Positions 15,016-23,500 of a stretch of DNA of 40,667 nt are shown piece by piece. The stretch is from a virus: positions 1 through 40,667 of the IMG/VR virus record IMGVR_UViG_3300045988_150405; one strand, written 5' to 3'. The notes below the pieces were generated by a model that was not told the origin of the DNA, did not search any database, and was given only the letters and a program-made list of their open reading frames with translations. Position numbers and translations under genes: made by a program. Positions within the stretch are counted from its first letter, which is position 1; every line of letters starts with the position of its first letter.

Positions 15016-15156
15016 TTAAAAATCTTCTATAACTAAGGTTACTTTACTTATTTTCCCACAATCCATACATTCTCTTACCAAGATTTCATTATCTTTCTTA
15101 ATAGTCATATAGTTATGACCTAAGAAAAAACACTTTATTCTCATTAATATGCTCAT
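15016..15156 (-). CDS. Small Cys-containing protein (46 aa)
   Basis: Not in the track. AAGGAGA RBS. Translation: MSILMRIKCFFLGHNYMTIKKDNEILVRECMDCGKISKVTLVIEDF. Confidence 0.45.
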   Translation of the reverse strand: MSILMRIKCFFLGHNYMTIKKDNEILVRECMDCGKISKVTLVIEDF

Positions 15157-15194
15157 ACTTTTAAATCTCCTTAAAATTTTGATTTTATTTAAAT

Positions 15195-15362
15195 TTAAAA
15201 TGGCAATAATAAATCTATTAACTTTTCTTTATGCTCATTACAAAGATATACCCTATTTCCTAAATCGTTTGGCTTTGTATCTTCTGTAAAATCTATAAGT
15301 ATAATACTATCATTATCACAACATTCACAAATATGTTTATTATCATCAAATATTCTAATCAT
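15195..15362 (-). CDS. Zn-ribbon-like small protein (55 aa)
   Basis: Not in the track. Translation: MIRIFDDNKHICECCDNDSIILIDFTEDTKPNDLGNRVYLCNEHKEKLIDLLLPF. It overlaps the stop of the preceding peptide ORF. Confidence 0.45.
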   Translation of the reverse strand: MIRIFDDNKHICECCDNDSIILIDFTEDTKPNDLGNRVYLCNEHKEKLIDLLLPF

Positions 15363-15444
15363 CACTTCTTCCCCCTACTGTAAGAAGTGTATAGAAAAAT
15401 ATTGCTGCGATAATGTAAATTAATGCCCCTAATATAATCTTCAT
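15355..15444 (-). CDS. Small membrane peptide (29 aa)
   Basis: Not in the track. AAGGGGGA RBS. Translation: MKIILGALIYIIAAIFFYTLLTVGGRSDD. Confidence 0.35.
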   Translation of the reverse strand: MKIILGALIYIIAAIFFYTLLTVGGRSDD

Positions 15445-15463
15445 CTTTAGTTATCCCCCTTGT

Positions 15464-16075
15464 TTAAAAAATAAAGTTTCTTCCAAAATCAAGTTTTCTT
15501 AATTTATTGTCTATAGATTTTTTATTTCTCGATAATTCAATTGCTATTTGATCTAAAGTCCATCCTCTCCTATACCTATCAATCAAAATCTTAATTTCAG
15601 TTTCCGTATAAGTAGAATTTCTTTTTATTGATCTGTGTTTATCTCTTTCTATTTTTTCTTTATACCAATCCATATTATTACTGTATAAATTTATAGTAAC
15701 TTTTCTACTATCCCATAAGTCTTGATAATTTTTCATAAACTTTCTTATTTGATCCTCTGAACTCATACGTCTTTTATTCTTAGTTCTATCTCTCATACAT
15801 TCAAGTTTGCCTTCATCCATATACCTTTTTACAGTACATAAACTTAAGCCTAACATTTCGCCTATTTCTCTAGGGCTATACCACCTCATTTGAGTACCTA
15901 ATCCTAAATAATAAGCTTGATTTTCTACTGATCTTTTACTTCTCCCTAAAGTATTAGCAATATTTTCCACTTTGATTATTCCCCAGTTGTCTGAAAGATA
16001 TTTCCTTTCTTCTTTAGTCCATTTTTTTCTTGACCTTTCAGCTTTTGTATTCAATTGTATCCCCTCTTGTTTCAA
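15464..16075 (-). CDS. Multi-HTH DNA-binding protein (two SANT/Myb-like repeats flanking an HTH_17 motif)
   Basis: KKWTKEERKYLSDNWG and YTETEIKILIDRYRRGWTLDQIA are Myb-like. The central YSPREIGEMLGLSLCTVKRYMDEGKLEC is an excisionase/MerR-type HTH. Confidence 0.55.
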   Translation of the reverse strand: MKQEGIQLNTKAERSRKKWTKEERKYLSDNWGIIKVENIANTLGRSKRSVENQAYYLGLGTQMRWYSPREIGEMLGLSLCTVKRYMDEGKLECMRDRTKNKRRMSSEDQIRKFMKNYQDLWDSRKVTINLYSNNMDWYKEKIERDKHRSIKRNSTYTETEIKILIDRYRRGWTLDQIAIELSRNKKSIDNKLRKLDFGRNFIF

Positions 16076-16149
16076 TATTTTATCCCTTGTTATATATTTA
16101 CATTAAGAGAAGTTTAAAACCTCTCTCAATGCCTTTTAAATTTGTTTTA

Positions 16150-16605
16150 TTATATACCGTACTTATCTAATAGATTACATAAATCAATATACCATTTAGG
16201 GAAATCACTTTCTTTTAATTCAAATCTAACATCTATCCACCCTTCATTTGGGTGTATCTTCTCATACAATTCCTCATAGCAAGTTTGCATTACATCACAA
16301 AACATTTCTTTTATGTGATTCTTACTGTATTTAGGAATTAATAAATAAACATATCTAACATCGATACTATTTATATAATTAGCAGTTTCAGCTACAGACT
16401 TAAGGACTTTACTTAGTCTATTAGCTTCCTCTACAATATCTTCATTACTAGCTTTAAGCAAATCTATTTCAATATAATCATCAATAAAAGTTTCAAGGTT
16501 GAGCATATTATTAAAGTAATATTGCTTAATTATTTCAAGTCCTTCTGTATCTTCTACAGTTTCGCAATAAATTTTAAATTCTCTTATAAAATTTTCCATA
16601 TTCAT
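16150..16605 (-). CDS. Hypothetical protein (151 aa from the corrected start)
   Basis: The track ORF extends to 16683, overlapping the upstream gene by 62 nt. An AGGAGA RBS lies 8 nt before the internal ATG (MNMENFIREF), which supports a start at 16605. Confidence 0.55.
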   Translation of the reverse strand: MNMENFIREFKIYCETVEDTEGLEIIKQYYFNNMLNLETFIDDYIEIDLLKASNEDIVEEANRLSKVLKSVAETANYINSIDVRYVYLLIPKYSKNHIKEMFCDVMQTCYEELYEKIHPNEGWIDVRFELKESDFPKWYIDLCNLLDKYGI

Positions 16606-16621
16606 TTTATTATCTCCTATA

Positions 16622-17563
16622 TTAAAAATTATCTTTGAAAATTCCCTTAGCATTAGGGTTTCTACCACTCCAATTTGTTCCATTTTTTAAATCTAATTTA
16701 TATGCAATATCTTCGTTTGACATATCTTCTACACTTTTCAGTTCTCCATTTACATCAACTTTGCTATCTGCCATATATATTGAACCTTTTCTTTTGTCAT
16801 TATCAGCATTAGTATTACTACTTCTATCCCCATACTTATAAGCTAATCTTAAAGCTTTTATTCCATGAGATTTTTTACCATTTGCAATATCTATTTCGCA
16901 TATTTCTAAAGCTTCTTTTAATTTATCTATATCAGTAAATTCTTCTTCACATTTTTTCAAATCTTGCTTTCTAATATTTACACAACTATTATTTATAATT
17001 TCCACAATTTCACTTTCTTTATTTTTTTCATTTTTATCTGTATCTTTTAGGTCATTCTGTGGTATACTGTTATTAGATTTGATATTTTCTTTGTTGGCTT
17101 TTACTGGTGGCACAGTAGAAGCTTTTTTATTTTTCATATCTTCATCATCTTCTGTTATGCTTGGTAATAAAGAATATAATATATCAGTAGGTGCAAAATA
17201 AGAACGTGTGCCTTCTGCATCTTTTTTAGTATATCTTTTAAATATTCCTAAAAATTTAGCTTTCTCTCTTTTCTTTCTAGTGCTAGCACTCATTGAATTA
17301 AGTCTTTCTTCCCAATCATGTGGTTTAGTTCCTAAATCATAATGCAACATATCACTTATAGCTTGTTTTTTAATGCCTAATATATCTAAATCTGTTGCTA
17401 CTTTCTCATACTTAACCCAGTAATAAAACTCACCATTTACAAGTATTTTTTCCATTTTATTACTGTTTATAAAATTCAATAAATACCTTATTACTAAACT
17501 TTCATCATGGCTTATGCCAACCTCTTTTAATCTAGTACTTAAAAAACCATGTATATATTTCAT
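16622..17563 (-). CDS. Putative winged-helix replication-initiator-like / DNA-binding protein (313 aa)
   Basis: The N-terminal ~130 aa (SLVIRYLLNFI...YYWVKYEKVATDLDILGIKKQAISDMLHY...FLGIFKRYTKKDAEGTRSYF) looks like a winged helix, followed by an acidic/basic low-complexity linker. It is adjacent to the iteron/DnaA-box region. The family was not identified. Confidence 0.35.
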   Translation of the reverse strand: MKYIHGFLSTRLKEVGISHDESLVIRYLLNFINSNKMEKILVNGEFYYWVKYEKVATDLDILGIKKQAISDMLHYDLGTKPHDWEERLNSMSASTRKKREKAKFLGIFKRYTKKDAEGTRSYFAPTDILYSLLPSITEDDEDMKNKKASTVPPVKANKENIKSNNSIPQNDLKDTDKNEKNKESEIVEIINNSCVNIRKQDLKKCEEEFTDIDKLKEALEICEIDIANGKKSHGIKALRLAYKYGDRSSNTNADNDKRKGSIYMADSKVDVNGELKSVEDMSNEDIAYKLDLKNGTNWSGRNPNAKGIFKDNF

Positions 17564-17580
17564 TTAGTCATCTCCCTTTA

Positions 17581-17916
17581 TTATTCAACTATTCCTTTTA
17601 CATTAAGCTTCTCTATATTTGTTTTATTAAGCTTAAATAAAACAACAGTTCCAAATTCTCTACCCTTTTTTAAAATTTCCCTTGTTATAAATTTTTTCAT
17701 ACCTTCTTTATCTAACATTCTTCTAAGCTTAACGGAATTAGCTTCATAACTTTTACTATTAAATATAATAGGCAAATCATTTATTATTCTGTTATATGGC
17801 AATTCAAACTCTTCACCTAATTCTTCTTTTTCTGATATTAAAGATAAATAACTTATAAGAGTTATATCTTTTACATCAATATTATTGCTTATAGCCATTT
17901 CAAAATTGATATTCAT
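17581..17916 (-). CDS. Small winged-helix-like protein (111 aa), first early gene
   Basis: AAGGAGG RBS. DITLISYLSLISE...YNRIINDLP...SVKLRRMLDKEGMKKFITREILKKGREFGTVVLFKL resembles the N-terminal domain of the next gene. Confidence 0.4.
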   Translation of the reverse strand: MNINFEMAISNNIDVKDITLISYLSLISEKEELGEEFELPYNRIINDLPIIFNSKSYEANSVKLRRMLDKEGMKKFITREILKKGREFGTVVLFKLNKTNIEKLNVKGIVE

Positions 17917-17946
17917 TTTTAACCTCCTTATTTGTTTGTTAATATT

Positions 17947-17975
17947 ATTATATACTATTAAATAAAATATGTAAA
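17947..17975 (-). promoter_or_regulatory. Strong sigmaA-type early promoter
   Basis: Minus strand TTTACA, a 17-nt spacer and TATAAT, about 30 nt upstream of the first early gene RBS. Confidence 0.6.
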
Positions 17976-18006
17976 TGTTTTTTATTAAAAGATATTTTTT
18001 ATTATT

Positions 18007-18023
18007 TATATATATATATATAT
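18007..18023. repeat. (TA)8 dinucleotide tract in an AT-rich stretch (candidate DNA-unwinding element)
   Basis: TATATATATATATATAT read directly. The flanks are almost pure A/T. Confidence 0.8.
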
Positions 18024-18063
18024 CTATAATAACTTCCCTATAATAACTTATCTATCTTTGTTT

Positions 18064-18168
18064 AATTCCACGGAATGTACCCCGTCAATTCCACGGAATG
18101 TACCCCGTCAATTCCACGGAATGTGTGGGTATTATATTTTTACTTATACCGTCAATTCCACGGAACGT
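18064..18168. repeat. Four iterons AATTCCACGGAA(T/C)GT
   Basis: Copies start at about 18064, 18087, 18110 and 18154. The first three are spaced exactly 23 bp within the unit GTACCCCGTCAATTCCACGGAAT. The core is the inverted repeat ATTCC-N2-GGAAT. Confidence 0.85.
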
Positions 18169-18206
18169 GTGCAGTATTTTCAACGGTTTAAGCTATAAAC
18201 AATATT

Positions 18207-18233
18207 TGTGGATTATGTGGATTGTGTGGATAA
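18207..18233. promoter_or_regulatory. Three tandem DnaA-box-like 9-mers
   Basis: TGTGGATTA TGTGGATTG TGTGGATAA. The third is the exact reverse complement of TTATCCACA. The others have 1 and 2 mismatches. Confidence 0.7.
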
Positions 18234-18310
18234 ACTCATATACAATATAATTGTTAAAATTTTACAAGCACCTAGTAGAGATAAGCACACTCACCCACAA
18301 AGGAGGAAAA

Positions 18311-18442
18311 ATGAAAATAAAATTACTTGAAAATGATAAAGTAATCGAAGTACCAAACTACTGGAAATGGCATTTAGTAGATGGAAGAAAAGTTATAATA
18401 GATCAGAATAAAAAAATAATTGCTTTAGTTATAGAAAAATAA
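18311..18442 (+). CDS. Small plus-strand protein (43 aa)
   Basis: AAAGGAGGAAAA RBS directly before the ATG (internal Met 21 of track ORF 18251..18442). Translation: MKIKLLENDKVIEVPNYWKWHLVDGRKVIIDQNKKIIALVIEK. Confidence 0.6.
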   Translation: MKIKLLENDKVIEVPNYWKWHLVDGRKVIIDQNKKIIALVIEK

Positions 18443-18507
18443 TGTATAAATATATTCAGATATGTTTATAATACCTTTTAAATTAGATTTTAAAGGGCGT
18501 GAAATAG

Positions 18508-18681
18508 ATGTTTAATATATTTAATCAAGATAAGGAAGAAAAAGGCTCATACTGGGAAAGAAATCACCAAGATAATTTTTATAGTGAGAGTAGTTATAAT
18601 AACAATTTTCAATATTGTAGATGTTGTGATAGGTATCAAAGGTTTGAGTATGATAGATGTTGTGTATGTAAATCAAATTAA
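18508..18681 (+). CDS. Small Cys-rich plus-strand protein (57 aa)
   Basis: Not in the track (<60 aa). Translation: MFNIFNQDKEEKGSYWERNHQDNFYSESSYNNNFQYCRCCDRYQRFEYDRCCVCKSN. Weak AAAGGG RBS. Frame checked against antisense track ORF 18521..18709. Confidence 0.4.
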   Translation: MFNIFNQDKEEKGSYWERNHQDNFYSESSYNNNFQYCRCCDRYQRFEYDRCCVCKSN

Positions 18682-18825
18682 AATAGCCTATACGGGGAGT
18701 ATAAGCCATTAAAACATTAGAATTTAATTTTAGGGTTGTAATGATATTTAGTGAAATTTTTCAAAAATCTAGACAATAATTATAAACTTATTGTACAACT
18801 TAATTATATTTTTTATAATAAAATT

Positions 18826-18980
18826 TGTCAATATTTTGCCGAATAAAGAGGGTTTTAACTGCTTTTATAGAATTGTATATATGTACTAAAATTTGGCTGT
18901 GTTTTAGTGCCTCCTTTACTTTTCATTATTAATTATATCGTCAATAAAGAAGATTGCTTTTAGCAGTCTTTTTTTTATTT
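18826..18980 (+). ncRNA. Candidate ~150-nt plus-strand small RNA (promoter 18791-18819, terminator 18950-18980)
   Basis: TTGTAC, a 17-nt spacer and TATAAT on plus. No ORF longer than 12 codons follows. It ends in the hairpin AAGATTGC-TTTTA-GCAGTCTT (one G.U, plus-sense only) plus a TTTTTTTATTT tail. It contains the anti-SD-like GCCTCCTTT. Confidence 0.3.
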
Positions 18981-18994
18981 GCCTAAATTTAAGC

Positions 18995-19023
18995 ATAAAA
19001 AAGAAGCTAATCCCTAAAGCTTC
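18995..19023 (-). terminator. Intrinsic terminator (second one after the lysis genes)
   Basis: Minus strand GAAGCT-TTAGGGATT-AGCTTC followed by TTTTTTATGC. Confidence 0.5.
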
Positions 19024-19147
19024 CCCTTTTACTGAACTTATATGGTTGTTTGTTGATATTGAAATCTTTAGCCGATTAACTGTTGAATTTATACTCTACA
19101 ACTCGAGTGTTGCAAATTAAAGTTGGATATACTTATATTGTAGCAAG

Positions 19148-19184
19148 TAAAAAAAGCTATCGCAACAAGACAATAGCTTTTTCT
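19148..19184. terminator. Bidirectional intrinsic terminator after the endolysin gene
   Basis: AAAGCTAT, a 12-nt loop and ATAGCTTT, flanked by an A-run upstream and a T-run downstream. Confidence 0.6.
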
Positions 19185-19343
19185 AATACAAATTACAAAA
19201 CAAATACAAAACTTTAAAAATAAAGAATCATAAAAAATACAGATTAAAGATAAGATAATATATTCTTACTTTGTGTAATATTATTTTTAAAAAACTATCA
19301 TTAGTTTTTATTATATTATACCATATTTTACCAAAAAAATAAA

Positions 19344-20030
19344 CTATCTAGGAATTAAATATGTATCTTTATAGCCTTTATTTATTAATTCTTGTTGCAT
19401 TTTCTTAGCATTATCATAATTATAAGCACCAGTACAAACTGCATAAAGTTTTTTATCAGTAGATGAAGTGTTAGAAGTGTTATTTTCAGTAATAGTTTGA
19501 TTTGCTATACCCTCTGCTATTAATTTAGCTATCTTTTCTCTATTAGATGTATATTTATCAGTATCACTTTTATTAGATACAAAGCAAGTTTCTATTAATA
19601 TTGCAGGAGGGTTAGTTAATCTTAACCAACCTAAATCACGCTTTAGATCGTTTATATCATGTTTAATTTTTCTATCTTTAAATTCAGTTTTAAGCTTATC
19701 TTGAACTTTTTGAGCAAATACTTTCCCTTTAGAACTTCTGTATATTACTTCTGTCCCATTAGCAGTTGCATTATCTGAGCTATTAAAGTGTATTTGAACA
19801 ACTAAATCATAATTTTTAGAATTAGCTTTTTTAGCTTGTTGCTCTATATAATCACTTCCACTATTTACTTCATGATAATCTGTTTCACAACCTAATTTTT
19901 TAAGATACTCAACTACAAACTTAGCTAATACCCTATTTTCTTGACTTTCATTTATAAAACCAACTGCACCACATCCCTTATTAGGGTTTAAAGTATGACC
20001 GGCTGATATTAGTAACCTCATTTTATACAC
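19344..20030 (-). CDS. Endolysin: N-acetylmuramoyl-L-alanine amidase (Amidase_3) with a C-terminal SPOR-like domain
   Basis: LLISAGHT...VQIHFNS...GTEVIY...AILIETCFVSN is an Amidase_3 core. C-terminal KKLYAVCTGAYNYDNAKKMQQELINKGYKDTYLIP resembles SPOR. Confidence 0.85.
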   Translation of the reverse strand: MYKMRLLISAGHTLNPNKGCGAVGFINESQENRVLAKFVVEYLKKLGCETDYHEVNSGSDYIEQQAKKANSKNYDLVVQIHFNSSDNATANGTEVIYRSSKGKVFAQKVQDKLKTEFKDRKIKHDINDLKRDLGWLRLTNPPAILIETCFVSNKSDTDKYTSNREKIAKLIAEGIANQTITENNTSNTSSTDKKLYAVCTGAYNYDNAKKMQQELINKGYKDTYLIPR

Positions 20031-20301
20031 CTACCCTTTCTTTTATGCTTTTTACATCATCTTCAATAGCTTCTAATCTGTTATTGTTACTTTCTAAAGC
20101 TATTGCAAATTTATCTAATTTACTATCGAATTTATCAATTGTATCTCTATATAATTCTCTATCTAGTTTATTATCTTCTCGTAAATTGTCTATGATTTTA
20201 TTTATATCTTCTCTTGATGATTTATCCTTTTGCACAAAGTAATAAGCTAAGCCTACTACACAAGCAATAGGAAAGCCTAAGCTATTTATCATTTGTTCCA
20301 C
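20023..20301 (-). CDS. BhlA/UviB-family holin-like protein
   Basis: A single N-terminal TM (LGFPIACVVGLAYYFV) followed by a charged coiled coil, immediately upstream of the endolysin. This is the layout of the BhlA/UviB family. Confidence 0.65.
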   Translation of the reverse strand: MEQMINSLGFPIACVVGLAYYFVQKDKSSREDINKIIDNLREDNKLDRELYRDTIDKFDSKLDKFAIALESNNNRLEAIEDDVKSIKERVGV

Positions 20302-20319
20302 TTAATACACCACCCTTTT

Positions 20320-20352
20320 AAATAAAATAAGACTAGAGAAAAAACTCTAGCC
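20320..20352 (-). terminator. Intrinsic terminator-like hairpin between the tail and lysis genes
   Basis: Minus strand GGCTAGAG-TTTTTT-CTCTAGTC (one G.U) followed by TTATTTTATTT. Confidence 0.45.
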
Positions 20353-20368
20353 TTTACAATTAATCATA

Positions 20369-20521
20369 TTATTTTTTATCTAACAATTCTTTTAATTCTA
20401 GCCCTTGCTCTACTGTTATTAATCCATCAGCTACAAAGTTAGTTATTTTTAATTCCATAGCTTCTTTATTTGGGTATCTTCCAGCTATTATCATTTTCTT
20501 TAAATTTTCATACCAATTCAT
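20369..20521 (-). CDS. xkdX: XkdX-family small phage protein (50 aa)
   Basis: Not in the track. Translation: MNWYENLKKMIIAGRYPNKEAMELKITNFVADGLITVEQGLELKELLDKK. It resembles the XkdX pattern (MNWF....Y..G.Y.......V..G.IT.E.Y..I) and sits in the typical position after the fibre gene. Confidence 0.55.
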   Translation of the reverse strand: MNWYENLKKMIIAGRYPNKEAMELKITNFVADGLITVEQGLELKELLDKK

Positions 20522-20590
20522 ATTATACATACTCCTTTTAAATTAGATTTAGCATATTTTAAGCCATATGCCAGGGCATAAAAATAACAC

Positions 20591-23500
20591 CTATATTAAA
20601 GGTGCTTCTTCTTCTATCTTAGGGTTATGTTGTTCTTCTATAATTTCAAATAAAGTTGAATACATTTCATCTGAAATAACAAAGTCCATCCAGTAGAATA
20701 TTATTAAGTTTTCTATATATTCTCTATTATAATTATCTTTTCCTACTAGAATATTGTTTAATATTAACTCATATAAGTCATTATCATATTCAAAAGTATC
20801 ACTAAAAGAAGATACATCTACTTTGAAGCTAACTGTATCAGCATTGTATCTACTTGCTAACATTAATCTATTTTGAGTTATCATATATTTTGTTATATTG
20901 CTTTCTAATAAGCTAACTTTCTTTTGTAGTAAGCTAACTACATTACTTATGTTATTATGAACTTTTAATGTAGTTCTAGGTTCTATTGCACCACTTTCAA
21001 CTATATAATTAGTTTCATTTGCATATGTTATTAAATCTATATTAGTACATTCATATACTTTTTCTTGTGCTAGTTGATACACTACTGTTACGTTGTTAGC
21101 TTGTAGCCATTGTTTGAAACCTTGTACATCTTGTGTAGATAGTTTTGATTTTAAAATATTTATATATAAGCTAGGGTTATCCTGCTCTCCAAATATACAT
21201 TCCTTTTTAAGACTAAATACTGTATTAAATTTATCGGAAACAATACCAAGTCTACCTAATTTCCTATTAGTAAAAGTTTGTGTATATAAAGCTATATAAT
21301 TATCATCATTAGGACCAACTACCCAACTCTCACTACCATTTAGCACTACTTCTCCACTACGTTGGTGATAGTAATACTTACCGTCTGCGTGTTTCTCTAT
21401 ACTATCCCATTGACGTAATATAGGTTTTTCCCACGCTTGAGTTTCTTCGTTGTAGTATAAAAGACGTTTTTTATCTGATTGATAATTAGGATTATCTATT
21501 GTAGTTGTAATACTATTATCATCTGTAGTTTTTATTTGTTTAGGCTGATTGTTATTACTTGAAACTACTATTTCATCTACATCTTCGCCTACTGATTTAA
21601 GCATAGCCCCATCTGTTCCTGACTCTACAACTTCATTATCTGAATTAACTACTAACGTCTTACCGTCTAGCTTCACATCCTCAAAATACCCACGAGTAGT
21701 TGCTTCAACAGTTGTAAAATCACTTTCAGTAGTAACAGTTGATACTGTACTTTCTTCTAATTTCTTAACTCTATCTAATTCTTTATTTAAGTTACTGATT
21801 TGTTCAGTATGAGTATTAACAGTAGCACCAAGTGATTTTGGTACTTGTGCTTTTATCATTCCTTCTATTTCACAACCAAATGAAATGTTAGTTTTATTAG
21901 CAAAAGTTCTTAACTTAATTTGTTGGTCGTGTGGTAGTGGTATAAATTGTGGCTCTACTAGTTGATATTTAATGTAAGTATCTCCATTTTTCACTCTACT
22001 TACTAACTCATTTATAGTTGTTATATCTGGAACATCACTTTTCTGAATAGCTAATCTTATTTCTATTCGTGTATTAGAGTGTTTGAATGCCATAATTTGA
22101 GTTTGTGTAGATTCTGTACTAGCCGAAGTTGCCACCATATAATTGTTGCATAGTATAGTATCACATCTCATAGGAAAAGTGTCAGAGTAATTACCTAGCC
22201 TATAGTGCGTAGCTTCTTCTGTATTATCTCTCATTGGCATATCTTTTAAATATTTGGTTTTAATATTCTTCTCTACTCCCCAAACTCCATCTTTACATAT
22301 TATTTTATCTGCTACATCCCCTACTTTTTCAAGTTGAACAGGTGATAAAATAGTTAATTTATCTTCAACGTATGGCTCGTATGGAGTTGCTTGTGTATCT
22401 TCTTCAAGTTGGATATCTGAAATTATAACAGAAGTTGTATCTGCAGTGCTTCTATAATAAAAACCTAAACATATTTTATTAGTGTCAGAAGGTGTTGTAA
22501 ATGTACAAATACTTCCACTATGAAATAATTTATTACTATCCCATAATGTATTAAAACCTTTATATACATATATAGGCGTCCTTAATGTAGGATAAGCACC
22601 ATCGACTTTAAAAGAGAAAGTATAAGTAGTGTTAGGAGTAACTTCAACATTTAACTTTAAAGCAAAACCGTGAGCACCATTACCATCACCTGACACTTTA
22701 TAACTTCCATCTCCATTGTCAATTACTATCCAATGTTTATCATTATCATTACCTTTAGCATCAGATATATCTTTTGCTAAATTCTTCCCACAACTTACAA
22801 CAGGTATTTCATACAGTTCTTGACCTTCTACTTTATCACCTACTGAACGTATATCTGCAAAGTTTGAAGCACTTTGTATAGTATTACCAAGTATCTCAAC
22901 GTCTTTAGCATAACCAACATTACTATCAGTAGATATATGACTTCCTTCTACATTTACATAAACTTGTTTAGCTTTTTCTATATCTCTATCAAGTCTAGCT
23001 TTAAGAGAAGTTTCTCCATCTCTAGCATCTATTACTTCTGCATCTTGTTGTTGTGAGGAAGTAAGTCTATTAAAACGTGTTTCTACGTCATTTATTTTAT
23101 TAGATACAGTAGTAGTCATATCTGATTTAGATTTATCTAATTCAGATATTTTAGTATCAACTTTAGTATTCACACTAGATATAAAATTATCTTTAGTAGT
23201 ATTTAATTCAACTATCTTTTCATTAAATTCACTTACTTTATTTTCAAATACATTTTGTCTAGAAGTTTCATTTTCTTCTCTAGTTTCTTCATTAGCTTTT
23301 CTAGTATTTTCACTAGATACTCTTTCATTTTCATTAGATACTCTTCTATCTTCTTGTGATTTCCTATCTAATTCATTAGACTTTCTTTCTTCTTCTTTTA
23401 CTTTTGCATTATTAGTATAATTTTCAAAGTTACTAGCATTAGCTTCTGCATCTAATATAAAAGAATTGTATCTATTTTGCCTTTGAGTTTCAGCTTCTAC

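Noticed and set aside
18064-18168. Direct repeats that could be mistaken for a mini CRISPR array
   Set aside because: The units abut each other with a 23-bp period and no unique spacers of spacer-like length. There are only four copies and no cas genes. The context (TA tract, DnaA boxes, promoter) fits iterons.
18521-18709. Minus-strand 62-aa track ORF
   Set aside because: It is Tyr/Ile/His/Asn-rich with no RBS. It lies downstream of two minus-strand terminators and is antisense to a plus-strand ORF that follows a gene with a very strong RBS. The plus-strand reading is preferred, though it is itself only moderately supported.
18985-19343. Non-coding stretch after the endolysin as a possible attP, tRNA or integrase remnant
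   Set aside because: There is no tRNA-like T-loop or acceptor features and no recombinase fragments in any frame. The region is accounted for by two terminators and AT-rich spacer.
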